From a virus (lineage: Duplodnaviria > Caudoviricetes): a DNA stretch of 27,287 nucleotides. The notes beneath the pieces are model-generated. The model did no database searches. It was not told the DNA's origin and saw only the letters and a program-made list of their open reading frames with translations. Position numbers and translations under genes: made by a program. Positions 1 to 7,920 of the stretch are shown here, one piece after another. Numbering within the stretch: the stretch's first letter is position 1; every line of letters begins with the position of its first letter. Location of the stretch: positions 1 through 27,287 of the IMG/VR virus record IMGVR_UViG_3300010366_000056; one strand, 5' to 3'.

Positions 1-275
1 ACCATGCCATTGCTCTGAGCCTCAGCAATTAGCAGAAACGTCGCCAAGCTCTTCCCTGCCGAGAATGGCCCGTAGAACTCCGTTGTTCTACCCAACGCAA
101 CTCCGCCGCCTAGAAGTCTATCTAAAGCGGGGATCCTCGTCGAGATTCGCCTTATCCGATAGCGGGGGTCGGAGGCTTTGAATAATACGGGCTTCTTGTA
201 CTCGCGCTCCAGTGTCCTCGCGAGGTCTTCGACCGAGGACTCTTCGAGATCTAGTTTCGCAGTCCGGACAGACAT
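1..275 (-). CDS. recA: RecA/UvsX-like recombinase, N-terminal part (runs off the window edge; not in the ORF track)
   Basis: Hand translation from ATG at 275: MSVRTAKLDLEESSVEDLARTLEREYKKPVLFKASDPRYRIRRISTRIPALDRLLGGGVALGRTTEFYGPFSAGKSLATFLLIAEAQSNGM. It shows the RecA ISTxxxxLDxxLGGG..GR..E.YG signature and Walker A GPFSAGKS. Confidence 0.9.
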   Translation of the reverse strand, partial: MSVRTAKLDLEESSVEDLARTLEREYKKPVLFKASDPRYRIRRISTRIPALDRLLGGGVALGRTTEFYGPFSAGKSLATFLLIAEAQSNGM

Positions 276-292
276 AGATTACTACGACTTTC

Positions 293-3200
293 CTAAGCGG
301 CGACCGACTGCTCGGTCGGTAGCTCAAGTCGTTCAAGGATAATGCTTCCCTTGTCATGTTGGTACTTTCCGTATACAAGTACGACCCTCCCTCTGATGAG
401 TGAGTGTAGGTACTGTCGCCATTCGTTGGGGAAAACCACGATATCGTACTTACCCACCCCGTCATAGGTAACTTCCACGAACGCCATCTTTTCTCCTCTG
501 CGGGTGGAGATTTCCCGAACACCTGTAACCAAGCCACCTATCCAGTAGCTCGAATCAAAAGGTCGGTTCATACTGCTGACATTCGTAGCCGATCTCATCT
601 TCCTATCAAGCTTCACTCGATAGTTGTCCAGAGGATGCACTGAAACGTAAGCACCTAATAGCTCCAACTCCACCTTTGCTCGGTCGGACTCTCCAGGTAT
701 TCCAATACTCTCCAGAGCACCTATCCGTATGAGTTGATCGACGACACGCTTGTTACATCGCCTCCTGTCTACTCCAGTCCAGATTTGCTCCAGACTACTG
801 AACGGTCTTCTTACCATTATCTCCTCGCAGGCTTTGGGGCCTACACCAAGTATAGCAGTCAGACCGTAACGAATCGTCCTGCGGCCTGTTGGTGTGAAAC
901 CTACGTTACTGCGATTGATGTCTGGCGACTTGAACCTGATCTTGAAATAGCGCTTGGCCTCTTCAATCACCACGGGCCGCTCTTTGTTCTCTCGATGGCT
1001 TAGAAGAGCACAGTAAAATATCTGGGGGTAGTAAGTTTTGAGCCAAGCTGTCTGGTAAGCGATCACCGCATAAGCTGTCGAATGCGCTCGGTTGAAGCCA
1101 TAGCCACGATAGTTGAAGATCATTTCCCAGATCTTGTTGGCTACTTCCTGTGTACATCCGTTATTCAGCGCGCCTATACAATGACCACCCTTGTAATCTC
1201 CCCCATCAAAGAATATAGGCTTGAGATCATCCCACACGTCGCCCTTCTTATACTTGATAGCCTCCTTCAGTTCGTCGACGACATGGTGATCCATACCAGC
1301 GATCTGTAGTCCGATCTCCATGACCTGCTCTTGATAGAGCACAACCCCCTTTGGGAGAATGCTGCGTAGTCTTGGATCAGGCAAAGTCCGAACAAGGTGG
1401 GCACTACCCTTGTCCCGACCTTCTTTATAAGGACGAACGAACTGATTCGCGCCGCCTCTTCCAAGAGCCATGACGGCAATAAGATCTTCAAACGATTTGA
1501 GCTGAAGGTCACGTACCACCTGACGCGAGGCTGCCCCTTCGACTTGAAATACACCAGCACAAGCCCCAGAGTTGATGACACGCCAAACCTCAGGATCTTC
1601 ATACTCGGACATCCCTTCAAAGGGATCCTCACCAATGTAGTCGATGCACTCTTGGATGATGTCAAGGGTATCAAGACTGAGGATGTCAAATTTCACCACC
1701 CCTAACTTCTTCAGCGCGTTCATGTCATACTGCGTGACTACAGCTATATTCCCCCTGCCTGCGCCACGCCCTACGGTCATGGTAGGTACGAGCCTTCCAA
1801 GATCGAATGTGTTGTCGCTGATAACAACACCCGCCGCATGCTTGCCTTCGCCGTTTACAAGCTCCTGTATGGTCGTACACCAGTCGTAGAAACCTGCATA
1901 TTGCTCCATAGCCTCAACCACGGTATGCGGTAGGCCAGGTTGCTTGAGTAGTTCTCCTAGCTCGCCACTGGCCTTGAGGTTGACGATGGCCGCGCTATCG
2001 GGGAAACTCTTGCTCGCTCCCATGCACTCCTGTGCCGAGTAGCCCAGGACGCGTAGGATTCTCTGTATCGTACCCCTTGGCCCAAGCCGAGCGAACGTCC
2101 CAACTTGCCTGGCTTGATATGGCGCCTGATTATATCGTTCGATGATGTATTGGACGACCTCGTCACGTCTACTGCGAGCAAAGTCGACATCAAAGTCAGG
2201 TAGCGACGGGCGCGCAGGATTGAGAGCACGCTCAAACATGAGATCGTACCTGATAGGGTCAACATCGACAATGCCCATAAGGTAGGCTGCGAGTACCCCT
2301 GCCATAGAGCCACGACCAGGGCCAACCCGTATGCCGTGATTCCTAGCCCAACGGATATAATCACGGACAATAAGAAATTCCTCTTCAAACTTCGCGCCAA
2401 AGATAATCTTGAGCTCGTACTGTAGCCGATCCCAGTATACCTGTACATCCTGTGCAAGTGTGCCATTCTCATCAAGCTTCCTGAGCCTACGCTCACAAAG
2501 ACTACGCATGTAGTCGGCCGCAGTTACGCTAGTATTCTTGCGGGGAGCTACTGGGATATGCCACACTCTGTTCTCGAACTCGGGTATGCTGATGTCTACC
2601 TTGCCTACCAGATCACTGATAGCAGTCTGGCTGTAGCGCCACGTTGTAGTGTCCCACAACGCCTTGACTTCTTGCCACGTCTTCAGGTGATACCCATAGC
2701 CACTGAAGTGGAAGCGGTCTGTGTCCCGCCACTTTGCCCCTGTCTGCATCGCCAGCCAGATATCGTGTATATCATGCTGCTCTGCGTCCACATAGTGACT
2801 ATCGTTCGTTATGACATGCGGTATGCCGTACTTCTCGGACCAGCGTATGAGCCTTGAATTCACTTGATCCAAGGTCTGCCCATACTCGATATCGCCAGGG
2901 TTGTTCCGCCGCAGGTCATGTCGCTGTAGCTCGAGATACAGATTTGGGAATAGCTCCCTCAGATATAGCAGTTGCTCTCGGGCCTGCCCATACTTCTTGG
3001 CTAGTATCAGGCTCGGTACATGCCCGTTGAGACATGTGGTTGTGATAGCAATGCTAGCTCTGTCCCGCCTGCTCAGTTTCTCTAGTACGTCATAGTCTAC
3101 CCTCGGCCTGTAGTAGAAATACTCGGGGCTGTTTGCGATACTACTGAGCTCGCACAGCACTTCGTATCCACGCTTGTTCAGGGCTAACATCAACAGATGG

Positions 3201-3481
3201 TAAGTGCGCGGCCCTTCTTTCTTGCCAGTTTCGACATTGAGTGTGCGGGTTCTGTCTGCATGATCCTCACACAGATAGAACTCCTGACCAATGATTGGTT
3301 TGACATCCTCCTTACGGCATGCCGCGTAGAACTCAGGTGCGCCGCTCAGTCTACCATGATCAGTTAGAGCTAGAGCTGCCTGCCTGTTCTGCGCTGCCTT
3401 ATGCACTAGATCCTCGATGGGCGCAAGCCCATCCAGAATGCTGTATTCGCTATGCACGTGGAGATGCGCAAATCTGTTCAT
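293..3481 (-). CDS. dnaE: DNA polymerase III alpha subunit (DnaE-type family C polymerase)
   Basis: PHP motifs HLHVHSEYSILDG, TDHG, GQEFY, TNDSHY; GPGRGS; catalytic PDFDVDF and KFDIL; YQEQVM; YGFNRAHS; C-terminal OB fold (GEKMAFVEV). Confidence 0.97.
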   Translation of the reverse strand: MNRFAHLHVHSEYSILDGLAPIEDLVHKAAQNRQAALALTDHGRLSGAPEFYAACRKEDVKPIIGQEFYLCEDHADRTRTLNVETGKKEGPRTYHLLMLALNKRGYEVLCELSSIANSPEYFYYRPRVDYDVLEKLSRRDRASIAITTTCLNGHVPSLILAKKYGQAREQLLYLRELFPNLYLELQRHDLRRNNPGDIEYGQTLDQVNSRLIRWSEKYGIPHVITNDSHYVDAEQHDIHDIWLAMQTGAKWRDTDRFHFSGYGYHLKTWQEVKALWDTTTWRYSQTAISDLVGKVDISIPEFENRVWHIPVAPRKNTSVTAADYMRSLCERRLRKLDENGTLAQDVQVYWDRLQYELKIIFGAKFEEEFLIVRDYIRWARNHGIRVGPGRGSMAGVLAAYLMGIVDVDPIRYDLMFERALNPARPSLPDFDVDFARSRRDEVVQYIIERYNQAPYQARQVGTFARLGPRGTIQRILRVLGYSAQECMGASKSFPDSAAIVNLKASGELGELLKQPGLPHTVVEAMEQYAGFYDWCTTIQELVNGEGKHAAGVVISDNTFDLGRLVPTMTVGRGAGRGNIAVVTQYDMNALKKLGVVKFDILSLDTLDIIQECIDYIGEDPFEGMSEYEDPEVWRVINSGACAGVFQVEGAASRQVVRDLQLKSFEDLIAVMALGRGGANQFVRPYKEGRDKGSAHLVRTLPDPRLRSILPKGVVLYQEQVMEIGLQIAGMDHHVVDELKEAIKYKKGDVWDDLKPIFFDGGDYKGGHCIGALNNGCTQEVANKIWEMIFNYRGYGFNRAHSTAYAVIAYQTAWLKTYYPQIFYCALLSHRENKERPVVIEEAKRYFKIRFKSPDINRSNVGFTPTGRRTIRYGLTAILGVGPKACEEIMVRRPFSSLEQIWTGVDRRRCNKRVVDQLIRIGALESIGIPGESDRAKVELELLGAYVSVHPLDNYRVKLDRKMRSATNVSSMNRPFDSSYWIGGLVTGVREISTRRGEKMAFVEVTYDGVGKYDIVVFPNEWRQYLHSLIRGRVVLVYGKYQHDKGSIILERLELPTEQSVAA

Positions 3482-3504
3482 CGCAGTTCAAATGAGATTG
3501 TCAT
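3478..3504 (-). CDS. Possible 8-aa leader peptide (MTISFELR*) coupled to the dnaE start by an ATGA overlap
   Basis: ATG ACA ATC TCA TTT GAA CTG CGA TGA; its TGA overlaps the dnaE ATG; dnaE has no clear Shine-Dalgarno of its own. Confidence 0.3.
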   Translation of the reverse strand: MTISFELR

Positions 3505-3515
3505 GGCACCCTTAC
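3480..3515. repeat. Inverted-repeat arm A1 (pairs with 4055-4082)
   Basis: TGTCATGGCACCCTTAC (3499-3515) is the reverse complement of GTAAGGGTGCCCTGACA (4055-4071) at 16/17 positions; CAAATGA/TCATTTG and ATCG/CGAT extend the pairing across small bulges. Confidence 0.85.
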
Positions 3516-3521
3516 ATTGTA
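3516..3521 (-). promoter_or_regulatory. Putative -10 element (TACAAT) upstream of dnaE
   Basis: TACAATGT in the short intergenic gap, the same core as the SSB promoter at 11796-11801; no good -35 seen. Confidence 0.4.
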
Positions 3522-3537
3522 CACGTTTAGACGGGGT

Positions 3538-4038
3538 TTAGCATCCGCCTACGGACCATTCACTCCTGGAGCCAGGATATTTGAGTAGCATGAATCCCAT
3601 CACCCGCCGCACATCTGCCAGCGAATGGAGACTCAAGGGTCCCGTGTAGCCCGTTGCCGCGCGATACAATGCGACGTGTCTCGCCCAGGTTCCTTGAAAG
3701 TATTGGCCTGGACCATTTGCTCCACTGCCTCTACGGTTAGGGATATCCAACCCACCGCTCTCTTTTGAGATAATACAGTCAACCCGCGCCATCGGCCCCA
3801 CGATTGAGGGAATTGGTGGCGGAGGCGGAGCTAGCACACCAGTCACAATCAGGTATTGTCGCGGCGACAACCCTGTTGTAAATGATGCACCCTGCAAATC
3901 AATGGGATCAACCTCCACTTCTTGTGCTAGTTGGATCACTTCGTCACTGACAGCAGGCGCATCCGTGTCGTCCGCAGCATACGCGACACTCTGGGTAAGT
4001 GCCGAAGCTATCAGTGCGAAACTGGCGAATAGTCTCAA
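3538..4038 (-). CDS. Secreted lysozyme-like/Rpf-type lytic transglycosylase
   Basis: Signal peptide MRLFASFALIASALTQSVAYA; proline-rich linker; CIISKESGG (catalytic Glu) then SGANGPGQYFQGTW and terminal W..GC; RBS AAGGAGG before the TTG start. Confidence 0.75.
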   Translation of the reverse strand: MRLFASFALIASALTQSVAYAADDTDAPAVSDEVIQLAQEVEVDPIDLQGASFTTGLSPRQYLIVTGVLAPPPPPIPSIVGPMARVDCIISKESGGLDIPNRRGSGANGPGQYFQGTWARHVALYRAATGYTGPLSLHSLADVRRVMGFMLLKYPGSRSEWSVGGC

Positions 4039-4054
4039 TAGTACCTCCTTGGTA

Positions 4055-4082
4055 GTAAGGGTGCCCTGACATCATTTGCGAT
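4055..4082. repeat. Inverted-repeat arm A2 (pairs with 3480-3515)
   Basis: GTAAGGGTGCCCTGACATCATTTGCGAT; includes the stop codon of the 4072-4326 ORF. Confidence 0.85.
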
Positions 4083-4326
4083 CTACGATCACCCTGTTTG
4101 CGTACCGAAGAATCTTGCGTAACTGGTCCTCGGACACAAGGTAATCGCCGAAGTAGGTTAGCTGGATAACGGTAAACTCGGGCATGCCGTCCGAATACGC
4201 GAGATCGCACCACGCTTCACTATTCTCGACCCTGGTCTTCATGTAGATATTGCCAGGGTTGATAATATCAAATAAGCGCTGGTTGGATTCTGCTGAAGGC
4301 GTTGAAGTTTCTGGTTCTTCCGCCAC
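4072..4326 (-). CDS. Hypothetical protein (start uncertain; alternative ATG at 4242)
   Basis: Fills the gap between flanking co-oriented genes; no recognisable motif. Confidence 0.55.
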   Translation of the reverse strand: MAEEPETSTPSAESNQRLFDIINPGNIYMKTRVENSEAWCDLAYSDGMPEFTVIQLTYFGDYLVSEDQLRKILRYANRVIVDRK

Positions 4327-5209
4327 CTCTTACAACACTCCCATCTGGTCTTTGTCCTGTACGCATCCGCATATATTTGCTGAACTCGCACAGGCAATTC
4401 TCAATATCACTTGCCACAATAGTCTTATTCTGCCAGTATGGGAATGCCAAATCATACTGCTGGAAGTAGCTCTGCTGACTATCTGCAAGGCTGTGTATGG
4501 CTAGATGATACGATTTGACACCACGGATACCTGGGTACAGCCATTTTAGCCCATTGATACAGCCAGGACCAGCTTCAGCAAAGCTGTTGCGGTCTAGCCG
4601 TGGGTCATAATATGCCCAATCCACGGCTACCTGGAAGCCTAGAAAGCGTCCAAACCCATCTACGCCTAGGAATACGTGATAGGCTCGCTCAAAGTCTGGA
4701 GCGTTGTTCAGACGCACAACAATCTCGGGCACCTTCTTCTGGAGCAGCTCCATCAAGAAGCACACGTTGCTCACCTTATCGGTGTAGTTGCCAAACTTGA
4801 CGCCCGTTACCGTGAATGCACCCGTGAACGGTTGATTGCCTGTTTCGTTCACCCAATACTTGATATAACCTGCCTGATCTCGATGGTCCCAGGGGGTGCG
4901 CCACTCGAGATATGGCTTACCATCACGCAGAAAGTCAAACGTGGGTATGGCGTTGAAGTAGCGGTAGACCAGTATGTTCCACAGCGCATCCTCGGGTGTA
5001 CCGAAGGTAGCCGCAGCCTCCAGCACCCCGATGATGTATTGTGTTCCACGGTCTAGCTCCCGATACACGTTGCAGAAGTGGTGGTTTGCCAGCCACTGAT
5101 CCTGCGTCCAAGGCGGGAGATCTTGCCTCTCGAAGCGCCTGTGGTAGACCATCTGGCGCTCGTACACGAACTGCCAGAATAGCCTCATGTTGTCAGGGTT
5201 TTCTGTCAT
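4268..5209 (-). CDS. 5-hydroxymethyluridine DNA kinase-like protein (aGPT-PPlase clade 1 / HMUDK helical domain family)
   Basis: Family signature ER...PPWTQD.WL..HHFCNVYRELDRGT, YRYFN, FTGAF, GFGRFLGFQVAVD, GPGC.NGL, DIENCLCEFSKY.R. Confidence 0.85.
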   Translation of the reverse strand: MTENPDNMRLFWQFVYERQMVYHRRFERQDLPPWTQDQWLANHHFCNVYRELDRGTQYIIGVLEAAATFGTPEDALWNILVYRYFNAIPTFDFLRDGKPYLEWRTPWDHRDQAGYIKYWVNETGNQPFTGAFTVTGVKFGNYTDKVSNVCFLMELLQKKVPEIVVRLNNAPDFERAYHVFLGVDGFGRFLGFQVAVDWAYYDPRLDRNSFAEAGPGCINGLKWLYPGIRGVKSYHLAIHSLADSQQSYFQQYDLAFPYWQNKTIVASDIENCLCEFSKYMRMRTGQRPDGSVVRGGGRTRNFNAFSRIQPALI

Positions 5210-5454
5210 GCGTTGCCAGCCCTCAAATCTTCTCCGTATTTACCAATCTCCCTATGCAACGAACTAATGTATTCCATGTCTGCTTCAGTTGGCTCACGGT
5301 TGTCATCAAGCTCTGTAACCAGAGCCGCTAAGATACTTGCTGCACCACCATAGAATGCCCGACGCATCTCTTGCCTTTGGATGCTCGAAACATTATAGAG
5401 GCCTACCCGCAGTGAAAAATCATCCCACTGTTCGGATATAGACTTACGTTTCAT
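5206..5454 (-). CDS. Small hypothetical phage protein
   Basis: ATGA overlaps on both sides; QRQEMRRAFYGGA helical motif of a type seen in phage hypotheticals. Confidence 0.75.
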   Translation of the reverse strand: MKRKSISEQWDDFSLRVGLYNVSSIQRQEMRRAFYGGAASILAALVTELDDNREPTEADMEYISSLHREIGKYGEDLRAGNA

Positions 5455-6449
5455 ATGAATGCCATGTCACTTGGTTTAGATAGCTCTTCGTTCAGCACGT
5501 CATTGTACACGGAGAACCTGCAATCATAGTAGTTACACTCGTGGGTCTGCACCCTGTTCATTGCCTCAAGATGCTCTTGCCCATACCACAATTCAATGAA
5601 CTTCTTCTCTGTCAAGCTTCCAATACTTATGTCCTCCTCTCGGTCCTGATAGTAGCAGCAAATCCACACGGTACCTAATGCGTCTACCACGGTATGCAGC
5701 GGGTTGAGCCAGCATACACCGTTCTGGTGAGTCTTCTGGGTGCTCCCAAACACTTTACGTGGGTACTTGGCACTTAGCGCGGCCAAATGCTCTGTGAGGC
5801 ATTCCTGTGCGTCTTGCGGCAGCAGGGCAGGGTCGTCCGCATTATGACGCTTTGGCTTGATACTTACGAAGTCTACACCAGTGTCCAGAATCTCAGCTAC
5901 GAGATAGTCAAGCATTGGAATATCGCTGATACCAAGAAGAATCTTGCCACCGACGCTTGCGTTCGATCGCGTGTTATTGCGAGATCGTACGATATCTCTA
6001 AGTGATCCGAGCTGATTGACAGTATATACGCTAACGCGGATGTACCGTACTCCGTTGTAACAGAGAAGACGGCCAATAGTCTCAGGGTTGGTTCCATTGG
6101 TGATCATGCCAAACTGTAGGCCCTGTTCGCGTATTGCGTCCATGAGATCGTCGAACTTGGGATGCAGCGTTGGTTCGCCGCCACCCGAGAACTCGATGCT
6201 CTCTCCGCCCATAACAGCAAACTCTGTTACGAAGCGTTTGAATATCTCCGCATCCAGGCTAACAGGAGTCTTGGCATTCTCCGCATTCGCAACACATCCG
6301 AAACACCTCATATTGCAGAAGTATGTCGGATAGACTATTGCCATCGTAGGCGCTACCATCTTACCCTGGTGTAGCCTGATGGCATCCTTCCTGAAGGCCA
6401 ATGCCTTGTCTCGCAAGCTAACAGGAGCGTAGCTTATATCAGTAGTCAC
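5451..6449 (-). CDS. Radical SAM enzyme with C-terminal SPASM/twitch domain
   Basis: CNMRCFGC (CX3CX2C), SGGGEPTLHP, ITNGT, IRVS, C-terminal CWLNP...G.V.ICC...IGSL...ELW...C....C; start re-called to GTG 6449 (GAGG RBS, overlaps the GT stop). Confidence 0.93.
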   Translation of the reverse strand: MTTDISYAPVSLRDKALAFRKDAIRLHQGKMVAPTMAIVYPTYFCNMRCFGCVANAENAKTPVSLDAEIFKRFVTEFAVMGGESIEFSGGGEPTLHPKFDDLMDAIREQGLQFGMITNGTNPETIGRLLCYNGVRYIRVSVYTVNQLGSLRDIVRSRNNTRSNASVGGKILLGISDIPMLDYLVAEILDTGVDFVSIKPKRHNADDPALLPQDAQECLTEHLAALSAKYPRKVFGSTQKTHQNGVCWLNPLHTVVDALGTVWICCYYQDREEDISIGSLTEKKFIELWYGQEHLEAMNRVQTHECNYYDCRFSVYNDVLNEELSKPSDMAFI

Positions 6450-7920
6450 CAAATGCCTCAACCCAAGCTCTTGCCACACCTGTCATGAATCTGATCCATC
6501 TGACCCCGTCGGCGGGTCCCGTGGGTAGAGCCACTTGTCCGTTAGATACAGCAAGATGCCGAACAATATCACCGACGTCGGAACCAATGGAATCTGTTGT
6601 AGCCAACTCAGCAACGAGTTCCTCTTGTTCTGGGGCCTCTTCTTCAATAGTAGCGGGTTTAGGAGCATACTTGCTCACGTATGGCTTGAGCTCGTACTGT
6701 GTGTACTCATAAATCGGGACTTCGTCTGTGCAGATATTATCATAGAACGTGGCAGGATGCTCTGGATCTTTGATAAGGTCTGCGTCCAGAAACTCAAGCA
6801 CCATGTAGGCCAGTGCTCTTGCGTCGCTATACTCGGACACAAAATCAAGTGCCCGTTGTGCGATACGCGCCCTGGTCTTAGGCTTGCGCATGATCTCGTT
6901 TACGCGCTCCGCAATCCCCTGGGGATCAGACGGTACAGTCCAGGTTATGTCTTGTCCTGCCAGTGGCGACCACGGATGACTGTCAACCTTCTCATGCACA
7001 ATTGATAGGCAGCCGTACACCATTGCCTCAAACATGATACAGCTTGTCTGACCATCGAAACGGTCGCCAATACTGCCAGCAAGATCAATACTAGCCGCGT
7101 GGGTTTGATAAATTCCAGGAATAACATCTGGCAGTTGGCTCCCCCAATACTGGTGCTCTGGGTTGCCGTTACCCTTGGTCTTGTTGACGTGGTTCAGCCC
7201 AATCGCCCTCTTCCACAACCCAGAAGGATCTTGCCGCGCGTTGTGATATTCGATACCACTGTTGTATAAGTCCACGGGTACCTGGATGTCTGGCAGCGCT
7301 GCCAAGAATGAGTAGATCCCCTTCCACTTCTTCCATTGCGGCATCCAGCAGAGCGTGGAGGTCTTGTCGTCCTGGTACAGTCCCGCCTTCCGTACGTCTA
7401 ATGGCGTAGGCAAGAAGACGTAGTTTCCTGGTAGTCTGCTCAGGCTGTCGTACTTCGACTGATAGCACGTAAACAGGTGGAACTTCACTAGGTCGCTCAC
7501 TTGTCGATACCATTGGTAGTACCTATCCCAAAGGTTGTCGTGGATAATAACAACAATCGGCTTGCCTAGTTCAGCGGCGACCTCGTACAGCATCATCCAA
7601 CTCATGTCTCCACCCTTGCCTTTGATGTCATGGGGACACGCTTGAATCATGAGCAGTACGTCGTATTGCCTGAGCAATCTTGAGAAGTTATGAGCGCTAT
7701 CTTTTCGCTTGTAGCTTAGCTGGCGTGCTGGCAGGCGGTAGTAACGGTCGTTGACCATCGTAGGAGTCTCAGGACTTAGGCTGCGTAGCTTGCCGCTAGT
7801 GCTGGCCCAATAATAGTCAAAGGTGCAGCCTGCGGTTCGCAGACCGTATCCAAGACCTTCAACTATCCTGTTGATACCGCCACGCTCGATGACATCAAAA
7901 TCAACGGCTAGGAACTTCAA
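6439..7920 (-). CDS. GT-B glycosyltransferase resembling T4 DNA alpha-glucosyltransferase
   Basis: ERGGINR, YDVLLMIQACP, VVIIHDN, PTPLDV, WMPQWKKWKGIYSF, SGIE and FEAMVYG occur in the same order as T4 Agt motifs recalled from memory (EGCGVTK, CDILIINSVP, VVYQHDH, QPPMDI, WIGRTTTWKGFYQM, EGLE, LELGACG); GGAGG RBS before the TTG start. Confidence 0.85.
   Translation of the reverse strand: MKFLAVDFDVIERGGINRIVEGLGYGLRTAGCTFDYYWASTSGKLRSLSPETPTMVNDRYYRLPARQLSYKRKDSAHNFSRLLRQYDVLLMIQACPHDIKGKGGDMSWMMLYEVAAELGKPIVVIIHDNLWDRYYQWYRQVSDLVKFHLFTCYQSKYDSLSRLPGNYVFLPTPLDVRKAGLYQDDKTSTLCWMPQWKKWKGIYSFLAALPDIQVPVDLYNSGIEYHNARQDPSGLWKRAIGLNHVNKTKGNGNPEHQYWGSQLPDVIPGIYQTHAASIDLAGSIGDRFDGQTSCIMFEAMVYGCLSIVHEKVDSHPWSPLAGQDITWTVPSDPQGIAERVNEIMRKPKTRARIAQRALDFVSEYSDARALAYMVLEFLDADLIKDPEHPATFYDNICTDEVPIYEYTQYELKPYVSKYAPKPATIEEEAPEQEELVAELATTDSIGSDVGDIVRHLAVSNGQVALPTGPADGVRWIRFMTGVARAWVEAFGDY

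Noticed and set aside
118-537. 139-aa minus-strand ORF
   Set aside because: Overlaps the dnaE 3' end and the RecA-like frame (1-275), which carries clear motifs
293-3481. Intein or intron in dnaE (also checked in the helicases)
   Set aside because: Lengths are normal, motifs are contiguous, and no splice-junction or homing endonuclease motifs were seen
3480-4082. IS element or MITE defined by the inverted repeats
   Set aside because: No transposase, no target-site duplication seen, and the arms are bulged and overlap neighbouring start and stop codons; kept as an RNA-structure finding instead
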